From: a virus | Taxonomy: Duplodnaviria; Caudoviricetes | Length of the DNA stretch: 64,000 bases | Virus record (IMG/VR): IMGVR_UViG_3300028909_000001 | Direction: 5' to 3' (one strand) | Part shown: positions 47,392 through 55,819 of the stretch, one piece after another | Layout: the number at the start of each line of letters is the position of its first letter | Numbering within the stretch: position 1 is the first letter of the stretch | Notes under the pieces: generated by a model | What the model was told of the DNA's origin: nothing | Seen by the model: only the letters and a program-made list of their open reading frames with translations | Databases searched by the model: none | Made by a program: the position numbers and the translations under genes

Positions 47392-47838
47392 TTACAACAA
47401 GTCTTTATAAGCCTGTACTGCCAAACTATCTGCTTCTTCATTTAGAGGATTTCCGGCATGGCCCTTAGTCCATTCCCAGGTAATCTTTAATTTATCCATA
47501 AAACAATCCATAGTTTCCCACAGTACTTTATTTTTTACTGGTTTTTTATCTTTTGTCCTCCAACCATTTCTCTTCCAATTAGTTATCCATAGACTAGCTC
47601 CCAATACTACATACTCACTATCAGCAATTACTTTAACTATAGTACCTAGTTCGGGATTGTCTAGTATGTATGATAATCCTAAAATAGCACCATAAATTTC
47701 CATCTGGTTATTAGTAACATCAGGGTAAGCCGCAGTTAATCTTTTTATTACTATATCGTCATTACATATAATGGCGCTACACCCACCAACCTTATCTTTT
47801 GAACTTGCTCCACCATCTGTATAAATTATTAAAGCCAT
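47392..47838 (-). CDS. rnhA: Ribonuclease HI (start likely 47838)
   Basis: YTDG, TNNQME, ADSEYV, WKRNGW, KNKVLW, WTKGHAG, NEEADSLA. Confidence 0.95.
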   Translation of the reverse strand: MALIIYTDGGASSKDKVGGCSAIICNDDIVIKRLTAAYPDVTNNQMEIYGAILGLSYILDNPELGTIVKVIADSEYVVLGASLWITNWKRNGWRTKDKKPVKNKVLWETMDCFMDKLKITWEWTKGHAGNPLNEEADSLAVQAYKDLL

Positions 47839-47883
47839 ATTGTTGTTATTGTAAAAATTGTTATTGTTTGGTATTATATCATT

Positions 47884-48678
47884 ATGCATTTAAATGAACA
47901 CTTTATTAATGGTTTTATTAAGGCTGCTCTAACTAATCCAGGCAATATTAGTCAACCTAAGCCAGCTCCTAAACCCAGCTCTCCACCTATTCAATCAGCT
48001 CCTTCACCTAACCCAGCTCCACCTCCTCCTTTAGCCAACACTCCTCCACCTCAAGTTCTACCTACTCAACCACCTACTAATCTAAATCATGGTATTATGC
48101 CACAATATGATGGTTGGAAATTGAGGGGATATGCTAAATCTAATAATGGTGGAACTTATGATTACCAAGATACTGCTGGTAAGTATCATTTAATGAATCA
48201 TGAATTAGGTGAAGGTGCTCAAAGTTTGGAGGATTTTAACAACGATAATAGTATATCTAATGAAAAACCAATTGCTAGACAAGCTATTACTCCAGAAGTA
48301 GAGAACCAAGCTTTGCGTTCAGCTTATAGTAATTTAGGGAAACCAGATCTGGATTTGAATAGATCTGCTAACGATATATTAGGTGATCCATATACTAGTG
48401 TTGGTCTTCCTAGAGTAGATAGCGTTACTAGAGGTGGTAGTCCTGAACCTGATCCTAATGAGTTATATCAAAGACTGCAACACAATATGACGAATAATAA
48501 CGGTCTATTCGATCAATTACAAAGTGCTGCTAATGGTCTGCCTGGTAGATTGTGGAATAGTGATCCTGGAATTCATGAACAAGGTATGGGTCAACTATTG
48601 CAGATGGTTAAACATCTAGCCACTACTAATCCACCTTTAGCTCAAGAATTGTATCAGAAGTACTTTGGGCAAAATTGA
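47884..48678 (+). CDS. FINGFIKAA-leader Pro-rich putative virion protein
   Basis: HFINGFIKAAL. Confidence 0.6.
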   Translation: MHLNEHFINGFIKAALTNPGNISQPKPAPKPSSPPIQSAPSPNPAPPPPLANTPPPQVLPTQPPTNLNHGIMPQYDGWKLRGYAKSNNGGTYDYQDTAGKYHLMNHELGEGAQSLEDFNNDNSISNEKPIARQAITPEVENQALRSAYSNLGKPDLDLNRSANDILGDPYTSVGLPRVDSVTRGGSPEPDPNELYQRLQHNMTNNNGLFDQLQSAANGLPGRLWNSDPGIHEQGMGQLLQMVKHLATTNPPLAQELYQKYFGQN

Positions 48679-48690
48679 TAGTTAAAAAAG

Positions 48691-48714
48691 AGGTTGAGTT
48701 TGCACTCTCAACCT
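48691..48714. terminator. Bidirectional terminator between convergent genes
   Basis: AGGTTGAG/CTCAACCT stem flanked by an A-run and a T-rich run. Confidence 0.6.
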
Positions 48715-48725
48715 GTTGTTTTAAC

Positions 48726-49166
48726 TTATACTCCTAATACTTTAAAGGTACTAGTAAGGTCAGCTTGGAGACGCTTCTTTTCTGAGGCCCTACAGAACCA
48801 ACCAACGCCTCTGCTTGTTGGTAAAAAGTTGTATTTAAACAACATTTTCTTATCTGCCGCTGCCTCATTAAATTCCTGCTCAGAACAAGGAACATAACCA
48901 TCGCCGGTTTCATCAGGTTTTGAAAACACCCATATATCATAGGTTTCCTGTGTATCAGGATGATTAGTATTTGCAGCATCAGAAGCCCCAAAAGGAGCTT
49001 TGGTTATTTCAAATGGTCCTTTTGTTGGCAAGCCTGGTGCCAAAATCCATATCTCACCGGATCCATCGCTTGCCGGCAGTTGAGGCCAACAACGCTCACA
49101 AGAAGCCACTATTACGGTGCAGCCCCTTCCCTCAAATATTTCTTTTATTTCCTGCCTCGTTCTCAT
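48726..49166 (-). CDS. Hypothetical protein
   Basis: 146 aa. Confidence 0.55.
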   Translation of the reverse strand: MRTRQEIKEIFEGRGCTVIVASCERCWPQLPASDGSGEIWILAPGLPTKGPFEITKAPFGASDAANTNHPDTQETYDIWVFSKPDETGDGYVPCSEQEFNEAAADKKMLFKYNFLPTSRGVGWFCRASEKKRLQADLTSTFKVLGV

Positions 49167-49252
49167 ATTTTTTGTCTTTCATCCTTTTGCTTAGTTTGTT
49201 ATGCTGGGATTGTATTGTTAAAAAAGAGGGATGATTAATCCCTCATGAAATA

Positions 49253-49720
49253 CTAAATCCGCCCTACAAACACCCACTGCTTGTGTTCGAAAGTAGGTTT
49301 CCCACCTTCCACCGTCCGTTGCACATTCCATGCAGAGTAGCATGGAATTGCCGTCCCACCTCCAGTTACATATCTTGCAGTTTCATTAACCAAATGGGAC
49401 TGCACCGGTGCTGCAAAGACACCAAACACCGCCGAGAATATATTCTCGGAGGGAGGACAGTCAGGAGGACAGTCAGGAAGCTCCGCGTACTGCAAGTACG
49501 CCACCACCCCCAATAAATCGTCATCAGTCTGGATTGACATGGAGGCATACTTTGTTGCCTCCTCCAATATCACCAGTTCGAACCCCATCCCCACCGCCTC
49601 AGCGGTTTGGACAGGGGTTGGGGTATGCCGTGAAAACCACAATGCTTTTTTCATATTTATTAATTGTTGATTGTTCTTATAACAAAGGCTAATATCCTTG
49701 TTCATTATGTTATACCACAA
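49253..49720 (-). CDS. Hypothetical protein (start probably 49654, MKKALWFSRH)
   Basis: WFSRH...FGVF..P...FEH..W pattern; 12-bp tandem duplication (PDCPPDCP). Confidence 0.55.
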   Translation of the reverse strand: MWYNIMNKDISLCYKNNQQLINMKKALWFSRHTPTPVQTAEAVGMGFELVILEEATKYASMSIQTDDDLLGVVAYLQYAELPDCPPDCPPSENIFSAVFGVFAAPVQSHLVNETARYVTGGGTAIPCYSAWNVQRTVEGGKPTFEHKQWVFVGRI

Positions 49721-49763
49721 TTACTTGAAATCATGGTAGAGGGGTGGGGTAGGTAAGTGAATT

Positions 49764-50087
49764 TCATTTCATCTTAATGAGAAGCCCAGTCCTGGCGAAT
49801 TCTGTCAACTCTTTGTCAGTAAATTGGGCTAACACTGATTGTCTTGGTTCAACAATCAAGTTACCAGTCATGTCCCAGATGTAACTGTCTCTTATTAATA
49901 CTGAATCTATAGTTAGACATATACTAACCAAGGAATCATCTACCCATAACGTCCGTGAATACCCACCATGGTTAACTCCATTAGTGAGTACGTTCGCGTT
50001 ATACACTATACCGTCAACTAGCTGAAAAGCTAGGTCCTTAGGTTTAGTTCTGAATATTTTGACTCCGGCCTGCTCGACCCCCGGCAA
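49764..50087 (-). CDS. Hypothetical protein, possibly the 3' part of a frameshifted gene starting at 50196
   Basis: TTG start inside an overlapping 50-aa ORF at 50044-50196. Confidence 0.4.
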   Translation of the reverse strand: MPGVEQAGVKIFRTKPKDLAFQLVDGIVYNANVLTNGVNHGGYSRTLWVDDSLVSICLTIDSVLIRDSYIWDMTGNLIVEPRQSVLAQFTDKELTEFARTGLLIKMK

Positions 50088-50255
50088 ACCGTTGCAAGTC
50101 GAGCTCCTGTCCGCTCGTAATGATTACCAGCACGTCCTGAATAAGTTTTCGGTCCCCGAAACCAACATAATGTATAGCATGGATTGCTTTATTCATATCT
50201 TAATTCCTTTTTATTATAGTTAGTAGCATGCACTCTACTAACTTTTATTGATTAT

Positions 50256-50540
50256 TTAAAGCTCAGTGAAAACCCGGTATCCAGCATCTTTCAAAGGCTG
50301 GACTAATAGTTGACCTACTTTTTTATCACCAATGCCTGGCAACTTTTTCATCGCCTTGACATTAACCACTACCGAGACAACCGCTTCTTCATTTTCAGGA
50401 TTGTCCAAGTCATTATGCCACAGGACTTTGGTGAACTGCAAATTTTTCCCTGCAATCTTGTTAATTTCAAGAATGCAGGTTTGGACTAACTCAAAGTCTA
50501 CTTCCATATTTTTCCTTTCTTGTTTAAGGTTGACTAGCAA
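50256..50540 (-). CDS. Hypothetical protein
   Basis: 94 aa. Confidence 0.5.
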   Translation of the reverse strand: MLVNLKQERKNMEVDFELVQTCILEINKIAGKNLQFTKVLWHNDLDNPENEEAVVSVVVNVKAMKKLPGIGDKKVGQLLVQPLKDAGYRVFTEL

Positions 50541-50898
50541 GATAATTATCTACAAACAGTTTTGCGCGTTCGATTGTAACTGGAACACTACAACCATTAT
50601 CGGTAACCTCATATTTAAGTTCACCAGACTCCAGGGCTATCATAACTTCTATCAGAAATTTTGCCAGTTCTAATTTTTGGTCTTTGTAAAGACGGAGACG
50701 GAGAGGAAGAGGATCACCAGCTTTCCGTCTAGTAGTAGGCAATTCAATAACATACTCAGTAGTAATAGGCAACTCTTGGTTTATTGACAATTCCTTTTTT
50801 TGCCTTGCAAGTTCTTCCTGTGCCTCTTCAACAGAGAGGGTTATTACTGTTTTGTATTTCATAGTGGTTCTTGAAATGAGCAGGAAATTACAAGACAC
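50524..50898 (-). CDS. Hypothetical protein
   Basis: Likely start at MKYKTV. Confidence 0.5.
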   Translation of the reverse strand: MSCNFLLISRTTMKYKTVITLSVEEAQEELARQKKELSINQELPITTEYVIELPTTRRKAGDPLPLRLRLYKDQKLELAKFLIEVMIALESGELKYEVTDNGCSVPVTIERAKLFVDNYLASQP

Positions 50899-50983
50899 CA
50901 GAGCAAGTACCTTTTGAATTTGGACTTGCCCCGGAAATCTTGGAGGGAAAATCCTGCTGCCCTCATAGTTTTAATTGTAGTGT

Positions 50984-51301
50984 TCATGATTGTAATAGCG
51001 TTGTTTCTCCAAGAGTCAATATTGTATCATCATTCATAAAGACTAGTTCTTCTGATGATTTAATGAAGCCTAATACTATCAAGGCTTGGATTGCTTGGAA
51101 CAAATTACCAGAGTGACTAATATCTTTTGAACGCACCCCGTTGTTGAGAGCAGAATTTATCAAGTCTCTCACTGTGATTTGGGTAGGAGAGGTTTTAACA
51201 ACTCCTACCAGCCAGTTAATTGTTTCTTGAGTAGTTTTCATATTATTCTTTTTCCAACCATAGAACTGTACCTCGTTCAAATAAAGGTACCATTCCTTCA
51301 A
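50984..51301 (-). CDS. Hypothetical protein (winged-helix-like)
   Basis: ITVRDLINSAL...QAIQALIVLGFI. Confidence 0.45.
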   Translation of the reverse strand: MKEWYLYLNEVQFYGWKKNNMKTTQETINWLVGVVKTSPTQITVRDLINSALNNGVRSKDISHSGNLFQAIQALIVLGFIKSSEELVFMNDDTILTLGETTLLQS

Positions 51302-51512
51302 CTAGTTGAGGAGTAGAACCACCTCCTAAACAAGAAGTATGGACTGCCGGATCGAACTCGGCTTCCCATCCATCCTTCGATACATCAACAAAAACACTGT
51401 TAGCTGGATGGCGTTTCATTACATATTCTTGATTAGCCGGATTATCCAAGAATGCTCCATTAACTACGAATCGTTGGCATTCACAACAAACTGCATTTGC
51501 AAAATTTTTCAT
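51243..51512 (-). CDS. Hypothetical protein
   Basis: 89 aa; starts inside the direct repeat. Confidence 0.5.
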   Translation of the reverse strand: MKNFANAVCCECQRFVVNGAFLDNPANQEYVMKRHPANSVFVDVSKDGWEAEFDPAVHTSCLGGGSTPQLVEGMVPLFERGTVLWLEKE

Positions 51513-52272
51513 ATTTTATCATTTTATTAAAGAGGGTGGACTCATTTAGAATCCACCCTCCTAGTTTAATTGTAGTTATTGATCTTGATAGACCAAGATC
51601 CCTTCTAGAGTATCAACCACTCCAGATTTAGAACTGCTACCACGACCAAACAGGTAGCCCACTATGCCTGGCCTATAATGCCCATGGTGGCTGGTACATA
51701 TATGTGCACCTACTAGCAGCACTTGATGGCGGTATGTACCACCGACATCCCATCGGATAAACTCTGTTTTCAGTTTGCGAACTTCTGTGAAGTCCTGATT
51801 ATTAGCCCATAGATATAGGGCCACCTCTTTTGCTAGGCCTATCCAATGACCTAGCCTTGCTATTTCGAGGTAACAAAGGTGCTTGGCTGTTTCATCAGCC
51901 ATATACTGCTTTAAAGCAGCAATATATCCGGCTCGGTACGATTCCGATGTGTCCCTGAATTCGGCATTAATGCCGGTAGATATGAACTTTCTACCATCCC
52001 ACCGGCTGAATGGGGTGTAAACCAACTCGTCCGGATAGTTTTCCGGAATTTCTTTTATCCAATAAGATTGGCATTCCGCCGTCCCTGCCAGATACCCATG
52101 TTCCCAGTCTTGCTGGGATTTAGTCATGGATTCTGCCCATTTTTGGGCAACCTCTTTTATTCCATTTTCCTTTGCAGCCATCAAAGCTGCAATTAATCTT
52201 CTATGTTTTTTCATATTTTATCATTTTATTAAAGAGGGTGGACTCATTTAGAATCCACCACTCCTAGTTTAA
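51505..52272. repeat. Two near-identical 65/66-bp intergenic direct repeats (51505-51569, 52207-52272) with a hairpin
   Basis: Identical except one inserted A; stem GAGGGTGGA/TCCACCCTC. Confidence 0.9.
51576..52214 (-). CDS. Hypothetical protein
   Basis: 212 aa, bracketed by the direct repeats. Confidence 0.55.
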   Translation of the reverse strand: MKKHRRLIAALMAAKENGIKEVAQKWAESMTKSQQDWEHGYLAGTAECQSYWIKEIPENYPDELVYTPFSRWDGRKFISTGINAEFRDTSESYRAGYIAALKQYMADETAKHLCYLEIARLGHWIGLAKEVALYLWANNQDFTEVRKLKTEFIRWDVGGTYRHQVLLVGAHICTSHHGHYRPGIVGYLFGRGSSSKSGVVDTLEGILVYQDQ

Positions 52273-52598
52273 ATTTGAGACCAGTGAACGGGCTGAGACT
52301 CTACCGGAACATTAACATAAGCTGGTAGATCGCCAGCAGTTGCCGTCATATCATCAGAGTAGTGCTTCTCGATATGCACACCACCCTGGTAATGCCCTAC
52401 TACGATCACAGTGAAGTGACCGTTGATCGTCTTGCCACAAAAAGTAATGCTTTCCAACTTCAGAATCTTGTGAGGATTAGCACTACTATTCTGCTGCCCT
52501 AAGTTCACTGCAATATCAGTATGCAGTGGAATTTTCCCCGGATCTGTCCGCCTCTTAAAGAGACGGTTCGCCCTATTATAGTTATCTAATGATGCCAT
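52269..52598 (-). CDS. Hypothetical protein
   Basis: 109 aa. Confidence 0.5.
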   Translation of the reverse strand: MASLDNYNRANRLFKRRTDPGKIPLHTDIAVNLGQQNSSANPHKILKLESITFCGKTINGHFTVIVVGHYQGGVHIEKHYSDDMTATAGDLPAYVNVPVESQPVHWSQI

Positions 52599-52599
52599 A

Positions 52600-52986
52600 T
52601 CAATATTGTTTTTTGGTTATTACTAGATACGGAATGTACCCAGCTTTCGTTGGTTGGTCTAGTTTGAGAGCTTTGACTAGCTCTATTTTAACTACATGAC
52701 CGTGCTGCACTAATGCAACCGGTCTATTGAATCCTTGTAGTTGCTCCAAACTATCATCTAGCTGGAACAGGTGATATGTGAATACAAAGCCTGGAAACCG
52801 AAGTCTCAAGGCTCCTAACGGGTTAAGTCCGAAGGCATAGCACATCGGAACGAATTCCTGAATTAACTCCTGGTAATCAGGATGATGTAATAGTAGGGTA
52901 TGATCTCCATGTACCCCTATATTTTCCAATTCAGTGAAGAGGGTTTTTAAAACCTCTCCTACTAGTCGGTTAGTTTTTGTTTTCAT
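52600..52986 (-). CDS. Hypothetical protein
   Basis: 128 aa. Confidence 0.5.
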   Translation of the reverse strand: MKTKTNRLVGEVLKTLFTELENIGVHGDHTLLLHHPDYQELIQEFVPMCYAFGLNPLGALRLRFPGFVFTYHLFQLDDSLEQLQGFNRPVALVQHGHVVKIELVKALKLDQPTKAGYIPYLVITKKQY

Positions 52987-53056
52987 TTAGATTAACTACA
53001 GCTTCTTATGGGAGCTAGTCCAGGTTGTGTTATTATAGTCAACCAACTATATTATT

Positions 53057-53899
53057 TTACCCTTCCCGAACAAACCTGATCTTATCTGCACATGGCCCCT
53101 TCTTATTAGTGGAATATACGAAAGAGACGGTATCTCCTTCATATAGTTTCCCGCTATCGATGGGAAATGTTACATCTTCCCAGTTAGTGACGTGCCAGTA
53201 TAGCCGTTGTGCCCCAGGGATATTGGGAAGAATAAATCCATACCCATTAGTGAAGATGGAGATGACAGTACCCTCCACCCTTTCATTAGATGAGGTCAGT
53301 TCCTTCAACCCAATGTACCGAATCTGCCCACCAACTGAAGAAACGGTTTTCATCTCGAACTCAGGTAACATTTCAATGATTTCGGAGAGCGATGTAACTC
53401 CGAACTCAGTGTAGTCTATCTCTGGGTTGAGCTTTTTCAAAGTCTCCCCTACAGATGCTAAGTTCGCACTCGGCCCACCCAACTGCCTTATCGTAGCTAA
53501 ATAGGCAGCCTTGATTTGCTGCTTCACTACATCTGATATTGGTGGGAATGCCTCCGGCTTGATCTCCTTCACTACCAAAGTAGCAATGGAGTTGGTTTCG
53601 CCACTAACCGGATCACGCTTTACCACATTAAGCTGAATTTTCCCAGCCTGCAGTTTCCGGAGCATGAATCCGGCATACTTCCCACCCGCCAATGTAATGT
53701 CAATAACCAGATCGATTACCTCCTGTTCGACCTTGACCGACTTCATCTCTGGTTGAATATTAGTGAGTTTAGTGAGTTTAACAACTTCCTCAACCTCAAG
53801 TTCTGTTAAGGAGCAGGAGGTTGAGTTGAGCCGAGGGACATACTTGAGAATCTCCTTACTAGAGATTCCCAACTTCTTAGCTAATTCGTGAACGCGCAT
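53057..53899 (-). CDS. Modular RNA-binding protein: IF2 N-terminal HTH + LOTUS/OST-HTH + cold-shock domain
   Basis: MRVHELAKKLGISSKEIL; ANLASVGETLKKLNPEIDYTEFGVTSLSEII; GTVISIFTNGYGFI...YWHV...GDTVSF...KGPCADKI. Confidence 0.75.
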   Translation of the reverse strand: MRVHELAKKLGISSKEILKYVPRLNSTSCSLTELEVEEVVKLTKLTNIQPEMKSVKVEQEVIDLVIDITLAGGKYAGFMLRKLQAGKIQLNVVKRDPVSGETNSIATLVVKEIKPEAFPPISDVVKQQIKAAYLATIRQLGGPSANLASVGETLKKLNPEIDYTEFGVTSLSEIIEMLPEFEMKTVSSVGGQIRYIGLKELTSSNERVEGTVISIFTNGYGFILPNIPGAQRLYWHVTNWEDVTFPIDSGKLYEGDTVSFVYSTNKKGPCADKIRFVREG

Positions 53900-54073
53900 A
53901 TGTTTTTAGTTTGAAGGAGGAACAAGGAATTTATCTTGTCCCTATTATTGATTGTGAGTTTTACAGGAGTTCTAACAACCCCCTCCTGCCTTATCTTTAT
54001 TGCTGGAACAAAAGCCAGCAATTGAATTTTTGCGATTTTGATTTTCATTAAGTTAACAAACTCTGTTCAATAT

Positions 54074-54192
54074 ATTATACCTGATTATGGTAAATATAGA
54101 TGGTGGGGGGAGGGGTCGTTATTCATATGTATCGTGTAATATAGTACCCGACCCCTCCCCTCCTAATTATTTTGCCTAAATAAAGGTATAAT
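54074..54192. promoter_or_regulatory. Symmetric divergent promoter pair around a 12-bp GC-rich inverted repeat
   Basis: Arms 54107-54118 and 54149-54160; GGTATAAT outward on each side at near-equal distance. Confidence 0.55.
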
Positions 54193-54264
54193 AGTCTGAT
54201 AGAGCGTCTTTAAATATTTAGAGATGTTCTCAGTAAACCGCAACAAACGTTACTACAAAACATT

Positions 54265-54378
54265 ATGAAGATCACTGTTATCTGTTTATCCGTGGCCTGT
54301 GTCGTTTTACTGGGCTGGGCCATTGTCAAGACCACCCCCTCTGGGAGCAGAGCCCCGGCCCCTACTGCCCAGAAGTAA
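54265..54378 (+). CDS. Small membrane peptide (37 aa; not in track)
   Basis: MKITVICLSVACVVLLGWAIVKTT... Confidence 0.4.
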   Translation: MKITVICLSVACVVLLGWAIVKTTPSGSRAPAPTAQK

Positions 54379-54482
54379 GTACAAGTTTCAACCCTGGCGC
54401 GCCCAGCAGTAAGCCAACGGTTGCGGTAGGAGGGGGCTGGAGAAGAGTAGTCTTCAGCCCCTATCCTTCCAGTTACATTCAG

Positions 54483-54526
54483 TAGTAAGTAAACTACCTA
54501 GATACTCATAGGTAGTTTACTTACTA
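54483..54526. repeat. Perfect 18-bp inverted repeat with 8-nt loop
   Basis: TAGTAAGTAAACTACCTA/TAGGTAGTTTACTTACTA. Confidence 0.9.
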
Positions 54527-54567
54527 TTTTGTCATCTAATTTTTTTTGCTAGCGAACAACAAACAAC

Positions 54568-54840
54568 ATGAACATTTCTTTACTACGAGCACAATATGAT
54601 AACGCAGGGTCAAGGTCATGGTCAGGGACAAGGTCAGGGTCAAGGTCAGGGTCAGAGTCAGTGTCAAGGTCAAGGGCAGGGTCAGGGTCAAGGTCAGGGT
54701 CATGGTCAGTGTCAAGGTCAGGGTCAAGGTCATGGTCAAGGTCAGGGTCAAGGTCATGGTCAGAGTCAAGGTCAAGGTCAAGGTCAAGGTCAGGGTCAAG
54801 GTCAAGGTCAAGGTCAGGGTCAAGGTCAGGGACATGGTAA
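54568..54840 (+). CDS. Ser-Arg/Gly/Trp dipeptide-repeat protein, copy A
   Basis: MNISLLRAQYDNAG then (R/G/W)S repeats from (N)GGTCA hexamers. Confidence 0.6.
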   Translation: MNISLLRAQYDNAGSRSWSGTRSGSRSGSESVSRSRAGSGSRSGSWSVSRSGSRSWSRSGSRSWSESRSRSRSRSGSRSRSRSGSRSGTW

Positions 54841-54915
54841 AAATAATAAAGTTCTGATCAACTCTACCAACGAACAACAAACAACAAACAACAAACAACA
54901 AACAACAACAAAAAT

Positions 54916-55278
54916 ATGATTAACATTAATGAACTAACTATTGGGGAAGTCAAGGAACTGGCAAAAATTGCTCAGTCGTTAAACCTCTGTTCCAAACCTG
55001 CTCCTGAAAATAACTCCCATCCGTACCAAGTCGGTGATAAATATTTCGTACGGACCGTTACCCATCACTATACCGGCCAGTTAGAGCAGGTATCGGAACA
55101 TGAGTTGGTCCTCTCCCAGGCCGCATGGGTTGCAGATGATGGTAAGTTTTCAGCAGCGGTCAGTTCTGGTAATTTCAATGAAGTTGAGATGTACCCGGCT
55201 TGCCAGAAAGTGATTATTGGTAGGGCTGCGATTTTGGATGCAGTAATGATTCCGGTGTTACCTACCCAGACCAAGTAA
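54916..55278 (+). CDS. DUF6948-like (Sm/LSm-fold-like) protein
   Basis: VGDKYFVRTVTHHYTGQLEQVSEHELVLSQAAWVADDGKF...FNEVE..P..VII. Confidence 0.6.
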   Translation: MININELTIGEVKELAKIAQSLNLCSKPAPENNSHPYQVGDKYFVRTVTHHYTGQLEQVSEHELVLSQAAWVADDGKFSAAVSSGNFNEVEMYPACQKVIIGRAAILDAVMIPVLPTQTK

Positions 55279-55399
55279 GTGAAGTTAATAGGAGGGGTTG
55301 GAGAAGAATAGTCTTCAGCCTCTCCTAATTATATTTAGTAAGCAGTTTACTTACTATTTTGTCATCTAATTTTTTTGCCAGCTAACAATAACAAACAAC

Positions 55400-55738
55400 A
55401 TGAACATTTCTTTACTACGAGCACAATATGATAACGCAGGGTCAAGGTCATGGTCAGGGACAAGGTCAAGGTTAGGGTCAGGGTCAGGGTCAGGGTCAGG
55501 GTCAGGGTCAAGGTTAGGGTCAGGGTCAGGGTCAGGGTCAGGGTCAGGGTCAGGGTCAAGGTCATGGTCAAGGTCAGGGTCAGAGTCAGTGTCAAGGTCA
55601 AGGTCAGGGTCAAGGTCAAGGTCATGGTCAGGGTCAAGGTCATGGTCAGGGACAAGGTCATGGTCAGGGTCAGGGTCAGGGTCATCGTCATCGTCATGGT
55701 CAGGGTCAGGGTCAGGGTCAAGGGCAGGGTCATCGTAA
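55400..55738 (+). CDS. Ser-Arg/Gly/Trp dipeptide-repeat protein, copy B
   Basis: Same 23 N-terminal residues as copy A, different repeat order and length. Confidence 0.6.
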   Translation: MNISLLRAQYDNAGSRSWSGTRSRLGSGSGSGSGSGSRLGSGSGSGSGSGSGSRSWSRSGSESVSRSRSGSRSRSWSGSRSWSGTRSWSGSGSGSSSSSWSGSGSGSRAGSS

Positions 55739-55778
55739 TGGTCAGGGTCAAGGGCAGGTGCTATTAAGTAAGCAATTT

Positions 55779-55819
55779 GAATTGGTAGAATAGTTCAACT
55801 CTGGCTATTCTACCAATTC
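55779..55819. terminator. Perfect 15-bp inverted repeat after module B
   Basis: GAATTGGTAGAATAG/CTATTCTACCAATTC. Confidence 0.55.

Noticed and set aside
54380-54430. tRNA or tmRNA in the GC-rich intergenic stretch
   Set aside because: No D/T-loop consensus, anticodon arm or CCA; no tRNA or rRNA recognised anywhere in the window
54568-55738. Diversity-generating retroelement (TR/VR pair) suggested by two similar repeats varying at A positions
   Set aside because: No reverse transcriptase or Avd in the window; the copies differ in repeat order and length rather than by A-only substitutions on a colinear template
54536-55767. Thr-Leu and Val-Arg/Val-Lys repeat ORFs over the hexamer arrays
   Set aside because: They are open only because the hexamer lacks stops; the RS frame has the leader and start conserved in both copies
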